A stretch of DNA of 64,000 nucleotides. Origin: Eledone cirrhosa. Its lineage: Eukaryota. The stretch is from assembly GCA_964016885.1 (NCBI GenBank), contig OZ024749.1, positions 36,890,001 to 36,954,000 on the forward strand, written 5' to 3'. Shown here in pieces: positions 18,437 to 34,237 of the stretch. The stretch's first letter is position 1; each line of letters begins with the position of its first letter. The notes under the pieces were generated by a model. The model searched no databases and was not told the DNA's origin. It saw only the letters and a program-made list of their open reading frames with translations. The translations under genes were made by a program, and so were the position numbers.

Positions 18437-18991
18437 CGTATATGTTATTATATATATATGCATATATATATCTATGTATGTATATATATGTATATATACA
18501 TACGTATATGTTAATATATATGCATATATATATATATGTATGTATCTATATATATGTATATATGCATACGTATATGTTAATATATATATATATGCATATA
18601 TATATGTATGTATATATATTAACATATACATACGTATATGTTAATATATATATATGCATATATATATATATGTGTATGTATGTATATATATTAACATATA
18701 CATACGTATATGTTAATATATATATATATGCATATATATATATATATGTATGTATATATATATATTAACATATACATACGTATATGTTAATATATATATA
18801 TATATATTCATCGCCGAGAGAGAACAGCCGATGGAAACGTTTTAAATCCTCAATAAAAACCGGATAGTGTTTCACATTTTCTCGCATATAGCAAAACTGG
18901 TTTATTTAAGTAATTAGTAGCAAAAAAGTTCCTTAGGGCGTTTAAAATTTTAAGAAATGCAAACAATTATGCACACAATCCTCTCTCTCTG

Positions 18992-19099
<108 letters not shown>

Positions 19100-19818
19100 G
19101 TAGCCACAAATAAGTAGTGATTTTTATCTGTTTACCTGAAGGCGCTTGGCTTTGTGATATGAATGCTGGTTTCATGGTGGTAATGGTAAAGTCTTGAGTT
19201 CTATTATCGAGCCGGGTGGCACGTTTTCTTCAATATTCGAGCAAGACACATGATTGTACGTTGTTCCAATCCACTGGTGCCAAGTTTTGATCTGCCATTG
19301 CCTTTATCTTGGACGACATCAATTGTGTGGAGAAGGGTGACTGGTATTTGTTGGCGATTGTGGGTCTTCCAGGAAAAACAAAAAAACAACCTTTCCCGAG
19401 TTGGTTGATAGAAGAGAAAACATTATGGCCAGTTAGCCATAAGCGAATGGAAAGGAGTGAAATGGTTCCTTTCTAAGGACAATAACTATAACTTTGATCG
19501 AAGGTCTGAATATAGACATATTAAAAATGAAATAAGAATATTTAGTAGGCTTATTGTAATTTCGATTTTACACAAAATAAGATAAATAGACAAATAAAGA
19601 AACAAACATCAAGGAATGTACTTTATCGGACATGGACAGAACCTTGGTTATCAAACTGTTTTGTAATATAGATTAATAAAATAGAGACACTAGGGTTTAA
19701 TCAGTTCGTTATCCCTGATTAATATCCCCCTATAACAAAAAGACCTTCCTTAAAACCGTCCTTCAAAATTAAAAATATTTGTTTTTACACACAGACACAC
19801 AGAACTAAGCTCTCTCTT

Positions 19819-19876
<58 letters not shown>

Positions 19877-19899
19877 GCATACATATGAAATACATATAA

Positions 19900-19936
<37 letters not shown>

Positions 19937-19951
19937 TATAACATATATATA

Positions 19952-20038
<87 letters not shown>

Positions 20039-20095
20039 TTAAACTTTGGGAGGGTCATGCTGCCAATAAAATCTCGCAAAACAAATTCAAAAACG

Positions 20096-20162
<67 letters not shown>

Positions 20163-20228
20163 AATCTTAGACAGGAACAAAAACAGAGAGGCAGTACAAA
20201 TAGTGGTTTATTAGGTTCACGCTTTATA

Positions 20229-20300
<72 letters not shown>

Positions 20301-20317
20301 CGTATATATATATATAC

Positions 20318-20369
<52 letters not shown>

Positions 20370-20698
20370 CTCATCCAAATTTAGAATAAAATGAAAGTAT
20401 TCATTAAAATAAAATAAAAATGAATTATTCATTGTCTTTTTGACATCTTGCTCTTTTATCTTTTATTCCTATCTAAAATAAATGTTGGCTTCTATTATTC
20501 TTCTATCGTGCCAGGAGAGTTCCTACAGAGTTACCTAACTTAATACCAAATCTCATCTTTACACCTTATCCGTTTCAAGCACATTTCTGTGTCTTTCTGT
20601 CTGTAAAGCTATATTGACTTTACTTCCTCTTCAATGTTCTAGCCCATTCTCTATTTTCTCGCTTTCTTTGTCTATCCTTCTCTCTCTCTCTCTCTCTC

Positions 20699-20754
<56 letters not shown>

Positions 20755-20876
20755 TCTGTCTGTCTGTCTGCCTGTCTGTCTGTCTGTCTGTCTCTCTCTG
20801 CCTGCCTGTCTGTCTTCTGTCTGTTTGTTTATCTATCTAACCATCCACCAATGTCTCTGTCTAATCTCTCTTCCTA

Positions 20877-20919
<43 letters not shown>

Positions 20920-21037
20920 CTCTGTCTGTCTTCTGTCTGTCTATCTCTCTCCCTCTCTCTGCCTGCCTGTCTGTCTTCTGTCTGTCTGTTTATCTATCTA
21001 ACCATCCATCAATGTCTCTGCCTAATCTCTCTTCCTA

Positions 21038-21102
<65 letters not shown>

Positions 21103-21622
21103 CCATCTGACTGTCTCTTATCTTCACCATCTCACGTTCACACTCTCTCACTACGCTCTGTCAGTGTATCTGGTCCTCTGTGACACTGTCAATAATAGCT
21201 TAGCTTCTTGTTTTAAAACCTATCACGATGTTATATCATTGTCTTAATTAACCCTTCCGTTTAAACTAATAGTGCCGGCAATTGGTCAGAGAGACTGCTA
21301 AAAGCTAACAGCCGCACCACTTTCTTCTCCTTTATCTCTCATCTCTCTCGTCTCTCTCGCTCTCTCTTCGTGATCTCGTCATCTCGTGATCATCTTCAAA
21401 TAAGAATCCATGATAACCGGAAGTTCAAATCTGTCGCATCATATCCGTTTGCAACGTTAATGCTACCGTCATCTTCAAATGCACAGCTAACTCATCGCAA
21501 TCTTCTCTTCCTCCTCCTCGCCCCCCTCCTCCTTCTTCTTCTTCTTCTTCTTCTTCTTCTTCTTCTTCTTCTTCTTCTTCTTCTTCTTCTTCTTCTTCTT
21601 CTTCTTCTTCTTCTTCTTCTAC

Positions 21623-21683
<61 letters not shown>

Positions 21684-22083
21684 TTTGCACAAAAATTTAA
21701 CCTGACGTCTAATGACGGAAATATTTAGTTTGTTATTGTTGTTGTTGTTTTTTCTTCTCTTTTCTTTTTTCTTTTCTTCTTTGTTATTTAGTTATTTATT
21801 TATTTATTTTTTGTTTATTATTTAGTTATTTAGTTATTACCTCCCTCTTTCATCTCATCTACGAGACTCTCTTTTAAAGAAGACAATAATGTCTTCTTTC
21901 TTTCTTTTTTTTCTTTCTTTCTTTCTTACTTTTTTCTTTCTTTCTTTCTTTCTTTTTCATGCAAACTTTCTTGCATGTATTTTTCCTCCTCTCCACTTTT
22001 TCTCTCTTTCTCTCATCTCTCACATATTTGCACACACATACACCAATGCACACTGCACACATATTATAGATGCTTGTGTGCGT

Positions 22084-22134
<51 letters not shown>

Positions 22135-22386
22135 TGTCTGTGTGTGTGTGTGTGAGTGTGTGAGTGTGAGTGTGTGTGAGTGTGTGTGTGAGTGTGTGTG
22201 AGTGTGTATGAGTGTGTGAGTGTGTGTGTGTGTGTAAGTGTGTGAGTGTGAATGTATGAGAGTGTGCGTGTATGTGTGTGTATGAGTGTGTGTATGTATT
22301 TGTGTATATTTTCTAGATCTTTTTTTCTTACTCACACATATGCCCATCCATATACCGCAAACACACACACACATATATATATATAT

Positions 22387-22433
<47 letters not shown>

Positions 22434-23299
22434 TATACATATATACATACACACACCAATGTTATCTCACCTAACCCCGCCACCATCTTTATAATATCTC
22501 TTCTAAATACCCTCTCCCCACCACTCTACCCTCGTCTAGACCTTCCTGCTCCCTCTTTTACCCACGTGATTCCTTCTTTTCTGCCTCTCTACCTCTCTCT
22601 CTACCTCTCTTTACCCCTTCTCTCTCTACCTCTCTCTCTCTCTCTACCCCTTTATCTCTACCTCTCTTTCTCTCTTCTATTTTACTCGCTCTTATATTTT
22701 CTTTATCTCTCTCTCCCTCTCTTCTATTTTACTCTCGCTATCTCTCTCTCTCTCTCTCTTTTATTTTACTCTCTCTCTCTCTCTTCTATTTTACTCTCTC
22801 TCTCTGCCTCTTCTATTTTACTCTCTCTCTCCCTCTCTTATATTTTACTCTCTCTCTCTCTCTCTCTCTTTCTCTTCTATTTTACTCTATCTCTCTCTCT
22901 CTCCTATTTTACTCTCTCTCTCCCCCTCTTTTATTTTACTCTCTCTCTCCCTCTCTTCTATTTTATTCTCTCTCCCTCTCTTCTATTTTACTCTATCTAT
23001 CTCTCCTATTACCCCCTCCTTCCTGTCCCCCTCCCTTCACGCTCTATCCCCCACCCCACCGCCATTCACCCAACAAATGTACCCACCTTTATAATACATC
23101 AAACAAGGAATGTTTGAAAAAGAAAATAACTGTGTGTGGGTGGTGGTGGACGATGAGGTGGGTAAGGATGGCCGCTGGATTGGGGAGGGGATGGCCTGAT
23201 GGATATGGATGGTGTAGGGGGCAAGGTGATAGAGGTGGGGGATGAGAAACATGTATTTCTAAATTACACGTATCTCTTGTTAAATTAACGCTGCTAACA

Positions 23300-23950
23300 T
23301 CAGCAGCAGCAACAACAACAACAACAACAACACCACCAACAACAACACCAATAACAACAGCAACAACAACAACAATCAGAACAACACCACCACCACCAAC
23401 AACAACAACACCACCAACAACAACACCAATAACAACAGCAACAACAACAACAATCAGAACAACACCACCACCAACAACAACAACATCACCACCAACAACA
23501 ACACCAATAGCAACAACAACACCACCACCAATAATAACAACCACAACAACACCACCACCAACAACACCAATAACAACAACAACAATCAGAACAACAACAC
23601 CACCAACAACAACACCAATAACAACAACAACAATCAGAACAACAAGAACACCACCACCAACAACAACACCACCAACACCAATAACAACAGCAACAACAAC
23701 AGCAAACAACAGCAACAACAGCAGCAGCAACAAGAACAACAATCAGAACAAGAACAAAAATAGCAACAACAATAACAACAATCAGAACAACAACAACACC
23801 ACCAACAACAACACCACCAACAACACCACCAACAACAACACCAATAACAACAGCAACAACAACAGCAAACAACAGCAACAACAACAGTAACAACAACAAC
23901 ATCCACAATAACATCATAAAGAACAACTTTAGATAGAACAACAACAACAG
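23300..23950. repeat. (CAA/CCA)n mixed trinucleotide array
   Basis: Direct reading. Confidence 0.9.
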
Positions 23951-24149
23951 AAAAAAAAACAAAGCTCTACTACTACTGATAAATGTTGTGGCCCGAGATG
24001 TTAGGTAATGGCGACAGTAAGAAACGAACAGTTAAGTGTTCTGCTCAGAGATTCTAGGAATTGATGACAGCATCACACGGGTATTTACCATGGTGACTGT
24101 CGTGGTAGCGTCGTGGTAACAACACACTGAATATTACCTGTCGTCATTT

Positions 24150-24740
24150 AGTTGTGGGGTATTGTGGGGTGTGGTGTGGTGGTGTGTTGTGGAGTGTCGT
24201 GGAGTGTTGTGGAGTGTTCTGAGGTGTGGTGTGTTGTGGAGTGTTGTGGAATGCTGTGGGGCATTGTGGTGTATTGTGGGGTGTTCTGAGGTGTGTAGTG
24301 TTGTGGAGTGTCGTGGAGTGTTGTGGAGTATTCTGAGGTGTGGTGTGTTGTGGAGTGTCGTAGAGTGTTGTGGAGTATTCTGAGGTGTGGTGTGTTGTGG
24401 AGTGTTGTGGAGTGCTGTGGGGGCATTGTGGTGTATTGTGGGGGTGTTCTGAGGTGTGTAGAGTTGTGGAGTGTCGTGGAGTGTTGTGGAGTATTCTGAG
24501 GTGTGGTGTGTTGTGGAGTGTTGTGGAGTGCTGTGGTCTGTTGTAGTGTATTGTGGGGGTGTTGTGGGGGCGTTGTGGTATATTGTGTGAGTTGGGATGA
24601 GGTGGTGTGTTGTGGAGTATTTTGGGGGTATTGTGGAGTGTTGTGTTGTGTTTTGTTTTGTGTTGTGGAGTATTGTGATTTGTTGTGTGGCGTTGTGGTA
24701 AGGTGGTGTGTTGTGGGGGCATTGTAGGAGTGTTGTGTGT
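24150..24740. repeat. (GTGTTGTGGA)-based minisatellite
   Basis: Direct reading. Confidence 0.9.
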
Positions 24741-25192
24741 CGAACTGGTTGAGAAATACATATATTACCAACAGAGAACCATGCAACGAACAACTAACCT
24801 ATCGGATAGTTATCCGACACATCATCTATTCGGACATAAAGGAACAATAAAGAAAAAAAAGAAATAAGGATTTCTAAATTAGCCAGACTTGGAAAGGAGA
24901 AGAGCATCACCAAGTATTTTTAAGACCCACAGAAATGTCATGATGGAAAGGGTTAAATATCTAGAGGGGCACCCCACCAACTGGCTACCCCTGTTACTTG
25001 ATTGAATCATTTATACAGATAGACTTGAAGCATCAGTTCCCAACTTAGGAAGTCATCAAAGCAATACTGGAATCCATTCAAAATACCAAGTATTTTGTTC
25101 TAAACATAATATACACAGTTTGGTATCCATTCTTCTCAAAATATGCAAATTTATTTCTTTTGAATGTTAATCTCATTGTATAACAATTGTGA

Positions 25193-25508
25193 AGGCGCAT
25201 GGCTTAGTGGTTAGAGCATTGGCCTTGCAATTGAGAGGTTGTGAGTTCGATTCTCGGACCGGGTGATGTGTTGTGGCCTTAAGCAAGACACTTTATTTCA
25301 CGTTGCTCCAGTTTACTCAGCTGCCAAAAAATGAGTTGCGACGTCACTGGTTGCAAGATGTATCGGTCGGTGGCGTGTAGAAGGGAGACTGGTATGCATG
25401 GGCGACTACTGGTCTTCCACAAAACAGACCTTGCCCGGGCTTGTGTTTCGGAGGGAAACTTTCTAGGTACAAAACCATGGTCATTCCTGACCGACTGGAG
25501 GCCTTTAA
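25193..25508 (+). mobile_element. tRNA-derived SINE family B, near full length
   Basis: A box TGGCTTAGTGG, B box GAGTTCGATTC, central ccttaagcaagacactttatttcac...ccagtttactcagctg; possible TSD ataacaatt/ataagaatt. Confidence 0.85.
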
Positions 25509-25929
25509 TAAGAATTTCAACCAATTTATTATAAATATGATATACACACTATTGGGAATCCATTCTTCTCAAAGTGTAAACGTCTCTCTTTTTTGATAGT
25601 TATTCTCACTTCTAACAATTTCAACGAATTTATTATAAATATGATATACACACTATTGGGAATCCATTCTTCTCAAAGTGTAAACAACTCCAATTTTCAA
25701 TGATTATTCTCACTCAATAACTATTTGGAAGGGATGTAGATATTGTGAGGCGTCTGTGGGAAAAGAAATTTAAATATAAGAGGGTCTTCGGTTGTGAAAA
25801 GTTAGGGAATCATTTCCTTAGAGGAACTGGGTATAGGTGCCTTGCTCAAGGCGGCACAATCCTTGGTCTACAGCCGAACACATATTCATAGAAGACGGAA
25901 ATGTAATGCTATAACCGCTTGTAAAGTCA

Positions 25930-25992
25930 CATGGCTTAGTGGTTAGTTTCCTCGCTTCAGGATTATAAGGTTGTGAGTTCTATTCTCGGAGG
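25930..25992 (+). mobile_element. SINE family B head fragment
   Basis: atggcttagtggttag...aggttgtgagttctattctcgga matches 25200-25258. Confidence 0.7.
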
Positions 25993-26091
25993 CTGATAAA
26001 GTATAATTCAGCCGCAAGGCGAAATCGAAACTGTGCCTCTATTCTTCATATTCTTTGCCAATGTGTATATTACAAGCAGAACAGCATGTAG

Positions 26092-26141
<50 letters not shown>

Positions 26142-26353
26142 CTCTATAAAAAAAAAAAAAATATATATATATATATATAAATCACTATAAAAAAATATAT
26201 ATATGTATATATCACTATATAAATATATATATGTATATATTACTATATATATATATATATATATATGTGTATATATATATATATACATGTATATATCACT
26301 AAATATATATATATGTATATATATATATGTATATATATATATGTATATATCAC

Positions 26354-26385
<32 letters not shown>

Positions 26386-26403
26386 TATTTATGTATATGT
26401 CAC

Positions 26404-26481
<78 letters not shown>

Positions 26482-26666
26482 TAGAGAGAGATAGATAGAT
26501 AGATATACATAGATATAGATATAGATATATATATAAGAATCAAAAGTGAGTATTGTATGCTTTGAAATGGTTATTAGTCAGATAAAAGATAAGTACCAAA
26601 GTGAATTAACAGTGAGAACTCAGATTTAGCATTCTCTTTCATCCGACTCACCAGTAATATAGATAT

Positions 26667-26758
<92 letters not shown>

Positions 26759-27170
26759 CACCTTCTTACAATAAAATAGATAGTTGTTATATTATCCATA
26801 ACCATCAATACAACGTTATATAAAAATAAAAAAGATAAAAAAATCAATTGTGAGAAAGGATAAAAATATTCACAAAACCAACCACATTGACGCATGTCAT
26901 GTATATTAATCCATTGATTAATATATATATATATATATATATATGCATATTTTATGTGTATATATATATACACATAGAAAAACAAGAGCCATAAGCTGAT
27001 TTTCAATTAATCATTGAATACTGGAAAGTCTTACACGTGTTTCGATATGCTACATAAACACCCTGTGAAATCTACATTATTGCATAATGCGTTGCTCAAT
27101 GTATGTATGTATGTATGTATGTATGTATGTATGTATGTATGTATACATACATATATACATTCGATGTATG

Positions 27171-27233
<63 letters not shown>

Positions 27234-27576
27234 CTATGTATATATATATATGTATGTATATATATATATATGTATATATTTATATATATATATATGTATA
27301 TATTTATATATATACATATATATATATATATATCACATATATAGAAGTGACTTCTACAAGAAATGTTACAGACGTATCAGGACATTCCTGATGAATTCAT
27401 AAGATCTAGTTTTGTAGAAGTTACTTCTACATAAAATTTACCTATACTCTACCAATGTATAGAGTATAATTTTTAACTGCTGTTACCCACCGTCACAACT
27501 CAGGACCCCCTCCCCCCACACACACATACGCATACACATACATACAGACATACATGTACATATATACAAACTTACA

Positions 27577-27620
<44 letters not shown>

Positions 27621-27989
27621 TGGTTACGATGTTGTGCTCTGCTGACGAACGAAATCCAACCATGACCATCTCCACTGAAAGTTTTCGTGAAATAGTCTTT
27701 TCAAGATTATACAGAGCATTTGAAGTTGTCCCAAATTGAAGGTTGAGTACTTTAGACTTTGTTTTATCATGAGTTAAGGCTCTATTGATTTTTCCCTGGA
27801 TTTCTCTAAATTCTGTTGGATAAATCTATATCCTGATTCCTTTTGAATTGAGTCTGAATTATTTTTCCCATATCTTATGTTAACTATTTTCCCATTTTGA
27901 CGCTATAGTCACATATATGTTATGGAATACTGTTAGCTTCTCGCTACAACAATTTCTATACTTTTCATTTATATATATATATATATATA

Positions 27990-28107
27990 TAGGAAAATGT
28001 TTAACCCCGACGGCAGAGCTCAAGCCGTTTAACCACTCTACTACCCTAAGTATTGAGTGCTCTGGTGCATTATGGTCCATCTGGTTACTTACCACACCTC
28101 CTTTGTT

Positions 28108-28108
<1 letters not shown>
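27990..28108 (+). mobile_element. Palindromic-element family copy with the hairpin centre and right arm deleted
   Basis: accccgacggcagagctcaagccgttt joined directly to the ccactctactacc...accacacctcctttgtta tail. Confidence 0.8.
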
Positions 28109-28140
<32 letters not shown>

Positions 28141-28362
28141 TATACACACACACACATATATATATATACACACACACACACATATATATATATACATATG
28201 TATATATATATATATATATGTATATGTATATATATGTACATATGTATATATATGTATATATATACATATATGTATATGTATATGTATATATATATATGTA
28301 TATATAGGTATATATATACATATATGTATATGTATATATATGTATATATATGTATATATATC

Positions 28363-28394
<32 letters not shown>

Positions 28395-28880
28395 CATATA
28401 TGTATATGTATATATATGTATATATATATATGTATATATATATATATGATTTGTGTCTGTATTGGTATTTACAATGGCGTGTGCTGCTGTACATGCATAT
28501 ATAAGAGTGTGTGTTTTTGTGTACGTATGTATGAATGTATGTGTATGTATATACGTCTATATATGTGTGTGTGTGTGTGTGTATGTATATGTATATGTGT
28601 ACCTTTAGTGTACATTCAAATTTTCTTTGACTACATATACTACCACCAGCTCCCCTCACACAAATTCCTCCTCCTACTGCTACAAACAATGGTTTCTAAA
28701 TCCGTGACCATCCATCTGGAAGAAAGATGCAATTGTGTTGCTCTTTAGAGGACCCCGAACCCTTTATTCTGGTTCCTTCTTTTCCCTTCTTATGCCAGTA
28801 CCGCTTCTTTGATAGAAAAGCGGGGACACACACCCACACACATGTATATATATATATGTGTATATATATATATGTATATG

Positions 28881-28939
<59 letters not shown>

Positions 28940-29020
28940 ATATATATATATATGTATATATATATGTACATATATATGTATATATATATATGTATATATA
29001 TGTATATATATATATACGTG

Positions 29021-29108
<88 letters not shown>

Positions 29109-29287
29109 TATATATATATATATGTACATATATATATATATATGTACATATATATATATAGACGTGTATATATATATGTACATATATATTTATATATATA
29201 TATATATATGTACATATATATGTACATATATATATATATATGTATATATATATGTACATATATATGTGCATATATATATATATATAT

Positions 29288-29351
<64 letters not shown>

Positions 29352-29732
29352 GTATATATATATATATGTATATATATGTACATATATATATATACGTGTA
29401 TATGTATATATATATATATATATATATGTGTCTAATATATATATATATATATATATATATGTCTAATATATATATATGTATGTATATATATATATGAGTG
29501 TGTGTGTGTGTATAGATAAATACAAGCACACACATACATATGTACATACATATGTACATATATATATATATAAATATAGACAGTGATACACACTCACTCA
29601 CACACTCCCTATATATGTATATATGCTCGTATGTACACACACACACCAACACGCACACACACGCACACACACACATAATACATACATACACACATATATA
29701 TATATCGATAAAATTAATATAAAAAGGTGATC

Positions 29733-29806
29733 AAGTAAACCACTTCAAGGTATTGCCCCAGCATGACCGTAGTCTAAGGACTGAAACCAGTAAAAGAACA
29801 AAAGAC
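29733..29806 (+). mobile_element. Isolated SINE/LINE 3' tail
   Basis: gccccagcatgacc...ctgaaaccagtaaaaga resembles the CR1-group LINE tail at 6158-6221. Confidence 0.7.
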
Positions 29807-29850
29807 TGTATATATATATATATATACATATATAAACATACATACATCCC

Positions 29851-29949
<99 letters not shown>

Positions 29950-30126
29950 CGTAAAGATATATATGTGTGTATATATATGTGTATATATATATGTATGTAT
30001 ATATATATGTATATATATATATATATGTATATATGTATATGTATGTATGTATATATATATATATGTATATGTATATGTATATATAAACATGTGTATATGT
30101 ATGTATATATATGTATATATATGTAT

Positions 30127-30167
<41 letters not shown>

Positions 30168-30251
30168 CATGTGTATGTATATGTATATATATATATATAT
30201 ATATACATGTGTATGTATATGTATATATATACAAGTGTATATATATGTATA

Positions 30252-30287
<36 letters not shown>

Positions 30288-30424
30288 CATATATATATGT
30301 ATGTATATATATGTATATGTATATATATATGTGTATATATATGTATATATATGTATATATATATATATGTATGTATGTATATATGTATATATATGAATGT
30401 TTGTACATATATATGTATGTATAT

Positions 30425-30489
<65 letters not shown>

Positions 30490-30662
30490 AATATGTATGT
30501 ATATATGCATATGCATGTATATATGTATATGTATGTATATATATAAGTGTATACATATATATATATATGTGTATACATATATATATATATAGATGTATAT
30601 ACATATATATATATATATGTACATGTATGTATATATATGTATATGTATGTACATATGTATAA

Positions 30663-30783
<121 letters not shown>

Positions 30784-31208
30784 TACATACAAACAAACAA
30801 ACAAACAAACACACGTACATACATACGTATGTTGCAAGCTGTGAAGTTAATCAGAATGTAAAACGCTTTGTAGAAGAGACTAAAGCGAAGGAGTGTAAAT
30901 TGTAAGCTATAAACTGTAAACTGTAAATTGTATAATGGCGGTTTGGGGTAGGTTTGTGGTGTGAGGAATCGTTCTAGATGTTATACAGGGTAACAAATGT
31001 TCGCCTGACTGACCACACCCTTGTAATTATGACCCCACGGGTACTGTACACACCCTTAACAACACTTCAATTAACAAGTACTACTACTTTTATTTTTTAT
31101 TGCTAGTTTTTAAACAAAAAATCATAAGAAGAAAAATGTGTTTGCATTTGTCCACTGTCAGAAGAACTTTCACCTCTTTCTCTCTTGCTTGATGTTTTCT
31201 GTCTGTTT

Positions 31209-31273
<65 letters not shown>

Positions 31274-31308
31274 AATCTCTCTCTCTAACTCTATCTCTCT
31301 ATCTGTCC

Positions 31309-31355
<47 letters not shown>

Positions 31356-31390
31356 AATCTCTCTCTCTAACTCTATCTCTCTATCTGTCC

Positions 31391-31425
<35 letters not shown>

Positions 31426-31802
31426 GCTGCTGCTTGATATGTTTCTGTCTGTCTGTCTGTCTGTCTCTCTAACTCTCTCTCTAGCTCTCTCTCTCTCTCT
31501 TTCGACACCCTCACACGACATCTCTTTCAGAAACACGCACATACACATTCTCTTTCACTCTTCTTCAATTTATTTCCTCTCTCCCTCTATTTCTCTCATT
31601 CTCTCTCCCTCTGTCTCCCTTCTTCTCTCTCCCTCTCTATTCTTTCTCTTTCGCATGACAGCCCCCACCTCCTCTCAGAAACAAACACTCACTCTCTCTC
31701 CTTCACCCTCTCTCCTTCTCTCTCCATCTCTTATCCTTTCTATCCAGTTTTCTTCTCATACTTTCTAGTATTTTTCCTTCTAGCAAACGATATTGATAAA
31801 CC

Positions 31803-31858
<56 letters not shown>

Positions 31859-32365
31859 TGGTTATCAGTCTTGTTATTGTCGTTGATGATGTTGTTGTTG
31901 TTGTTAATGCTGATGCTACTGCTAATATTGTTATTGGTGGTGTTGATGATGCTAATGATGATGATGATGATGATGAGTATGTCATCGTTGGTGGTGGTGT
32001 TGTTGTTGTTGTTGTTGACGCTGCTGCTACTGCTGCTGTTGTTGTTGTTGTTGTTGTTGTTGACGCTGCTGCTGCTACTACTGTTGTTGTTATCGTTGTA
32101 GTTACGGATCATTATGACGTCGTTTTTGATGTTAATGATGATGTCGCCGTTGTTGTTATGATGATTATTACATTGTTGTTGTTGTTGTTGTTGTTGTCGT
32201 CTTCTAGCAATTTCCCCCTGTTTTTGTCTTAAATCTCAACTTCCGTCAAAATACCCAAATACCGCCATTTTGAACAAAATATCAACTTAGCAAAATAATA
32301 CAAGAAATTGTTTCTTTTATAATGCTAAAGTTTAATCGTTTTTTTACACATACTATAGCTTTGGG

Positions 32366-32401
<36 letters not shown>

Positions 32402-32940
32402 GGGGACGCTTGTGTGTAGTGTGTGTATGTCTGTGATTATTTACGCGCCTGTGTGTGTGTATGTCTGTTTGGGTATTTGTGTGTAGTATGTGTGTCTCTG
32501 TGTGATTATTTATGTGCCCCTGTGTGTGTGTGTGTGTGTGTGTGCATATACACGCGCGATAAACACACGCGCGCACCCATCGACGCCTTTAGGCATGCAA
32601 AGCCGCAAAAGCACGCACAAACAATCGTGTGTGTGTGTGTGTGAGGTTGAACATACGACGCTGCATACGCCTAAACACACATACACACACACACACACAC
32701 ATATATACACATATATATGTATATATATATATGTATTTATATATATATATATATACATATATATATGTATTATATATATATATATATATATATACATATA
32801 TATATGTATTATATATATATATATATACATATATGTATATATATGTATTATATATATTTGCTCTACGGTTCTTATATATTTGATATATCCTTATCGAGCC
32901 CTCTTTGGATTTAGTCTTCAAATTTAATTTTATTACTATG

Positions 32941-33011
<71 letters not shown>

Positions 33012-33032
33012 GTATTATATATATATATATAC

Positions 33033-33113
<81 letters not shown>

Positions 33114-33158
33114 ATATACATATATATGTATATATATATGTATCATATATATATATAC

Positions 33159-33189
<31 letters not shown>

Positions 33190-33253
33190 TATATACATAT
33201 ATATGTATATATATATATGTATTTATATATATATATATACATATATATGTATA

Positions 33254-33306
<53 letters not shown>

Positions 33307-33438
33307 ATATACGTATATATATATATATATAAATATAATTTTAGCGAGATTCGATATATATATATATATATAGTCACTTATACCTGCATATACAGATATA
33401 CACAGTAAAAAAACACAAACAGCAATACAACAGCAACA

Positions 33439-33550
<112 letters not shown>

Positions 33551-34237
33551 AATATTCTCACTAATACGCAATAGTTGGGCAATTCCACCGTCAACCCTAC
33601 ACCCACACTTATATTTAACGACATACACAGTCACAATATATACCCTTGCCGCATACACATATACATACACATATACATATACACATATACATAAGTATAC
33701 ACACATACATATACATACATACATATGCATACATACATATGCATATACATACACATGCATATACATACACATATACACATACATATACATACATATGCAC
33801 ATACATATTCATATACATACACATATACACATACATATACATACACATATGTTCATTAATAAATCGAAATAAACAAATAAATATATATATAAATAAATAA
33901 AATATGAAATTTCCGAAAGTTTTTCCCTTTAGCAATGTTTCTTCTTCTTCTTCTTCTTCTTCTTCTTCTTCTTCTTCTTCTTCTTCTTCTTCTTTGACTT
34001 TCGTTTTCTTTCTTTTTTTGTTTTTTTTCTTCTTCTTGGAGTTTTTCTTCAACCGGAAACATCTAATTCTCCATATTGTTTTCCACTTGGTATCACGTGG
34101 TTAACTGTTTTATCAGAATCGTCGTGGAAAATACGTACACTATTTTGTCACAACTATGTTATCACATAGATGACTAATTACATATGCTTGTTGTTGTTGT
34201 TGTAGTATTTGTAATTTCAGTTGTTGTGGTATTTGCA

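Noticed and set aside
19135-19372. Possible minus-strand exon (AG...GT bounded; EENVPPGS faintly cadherin-like)
   Set aside because: All three frames contain stops between the candidate splice sites
25193-25265. tRNA gene
   Set aside because: A and B boxes are present but the sequence runs into a SINE body without a proper acceptor stem or terminator
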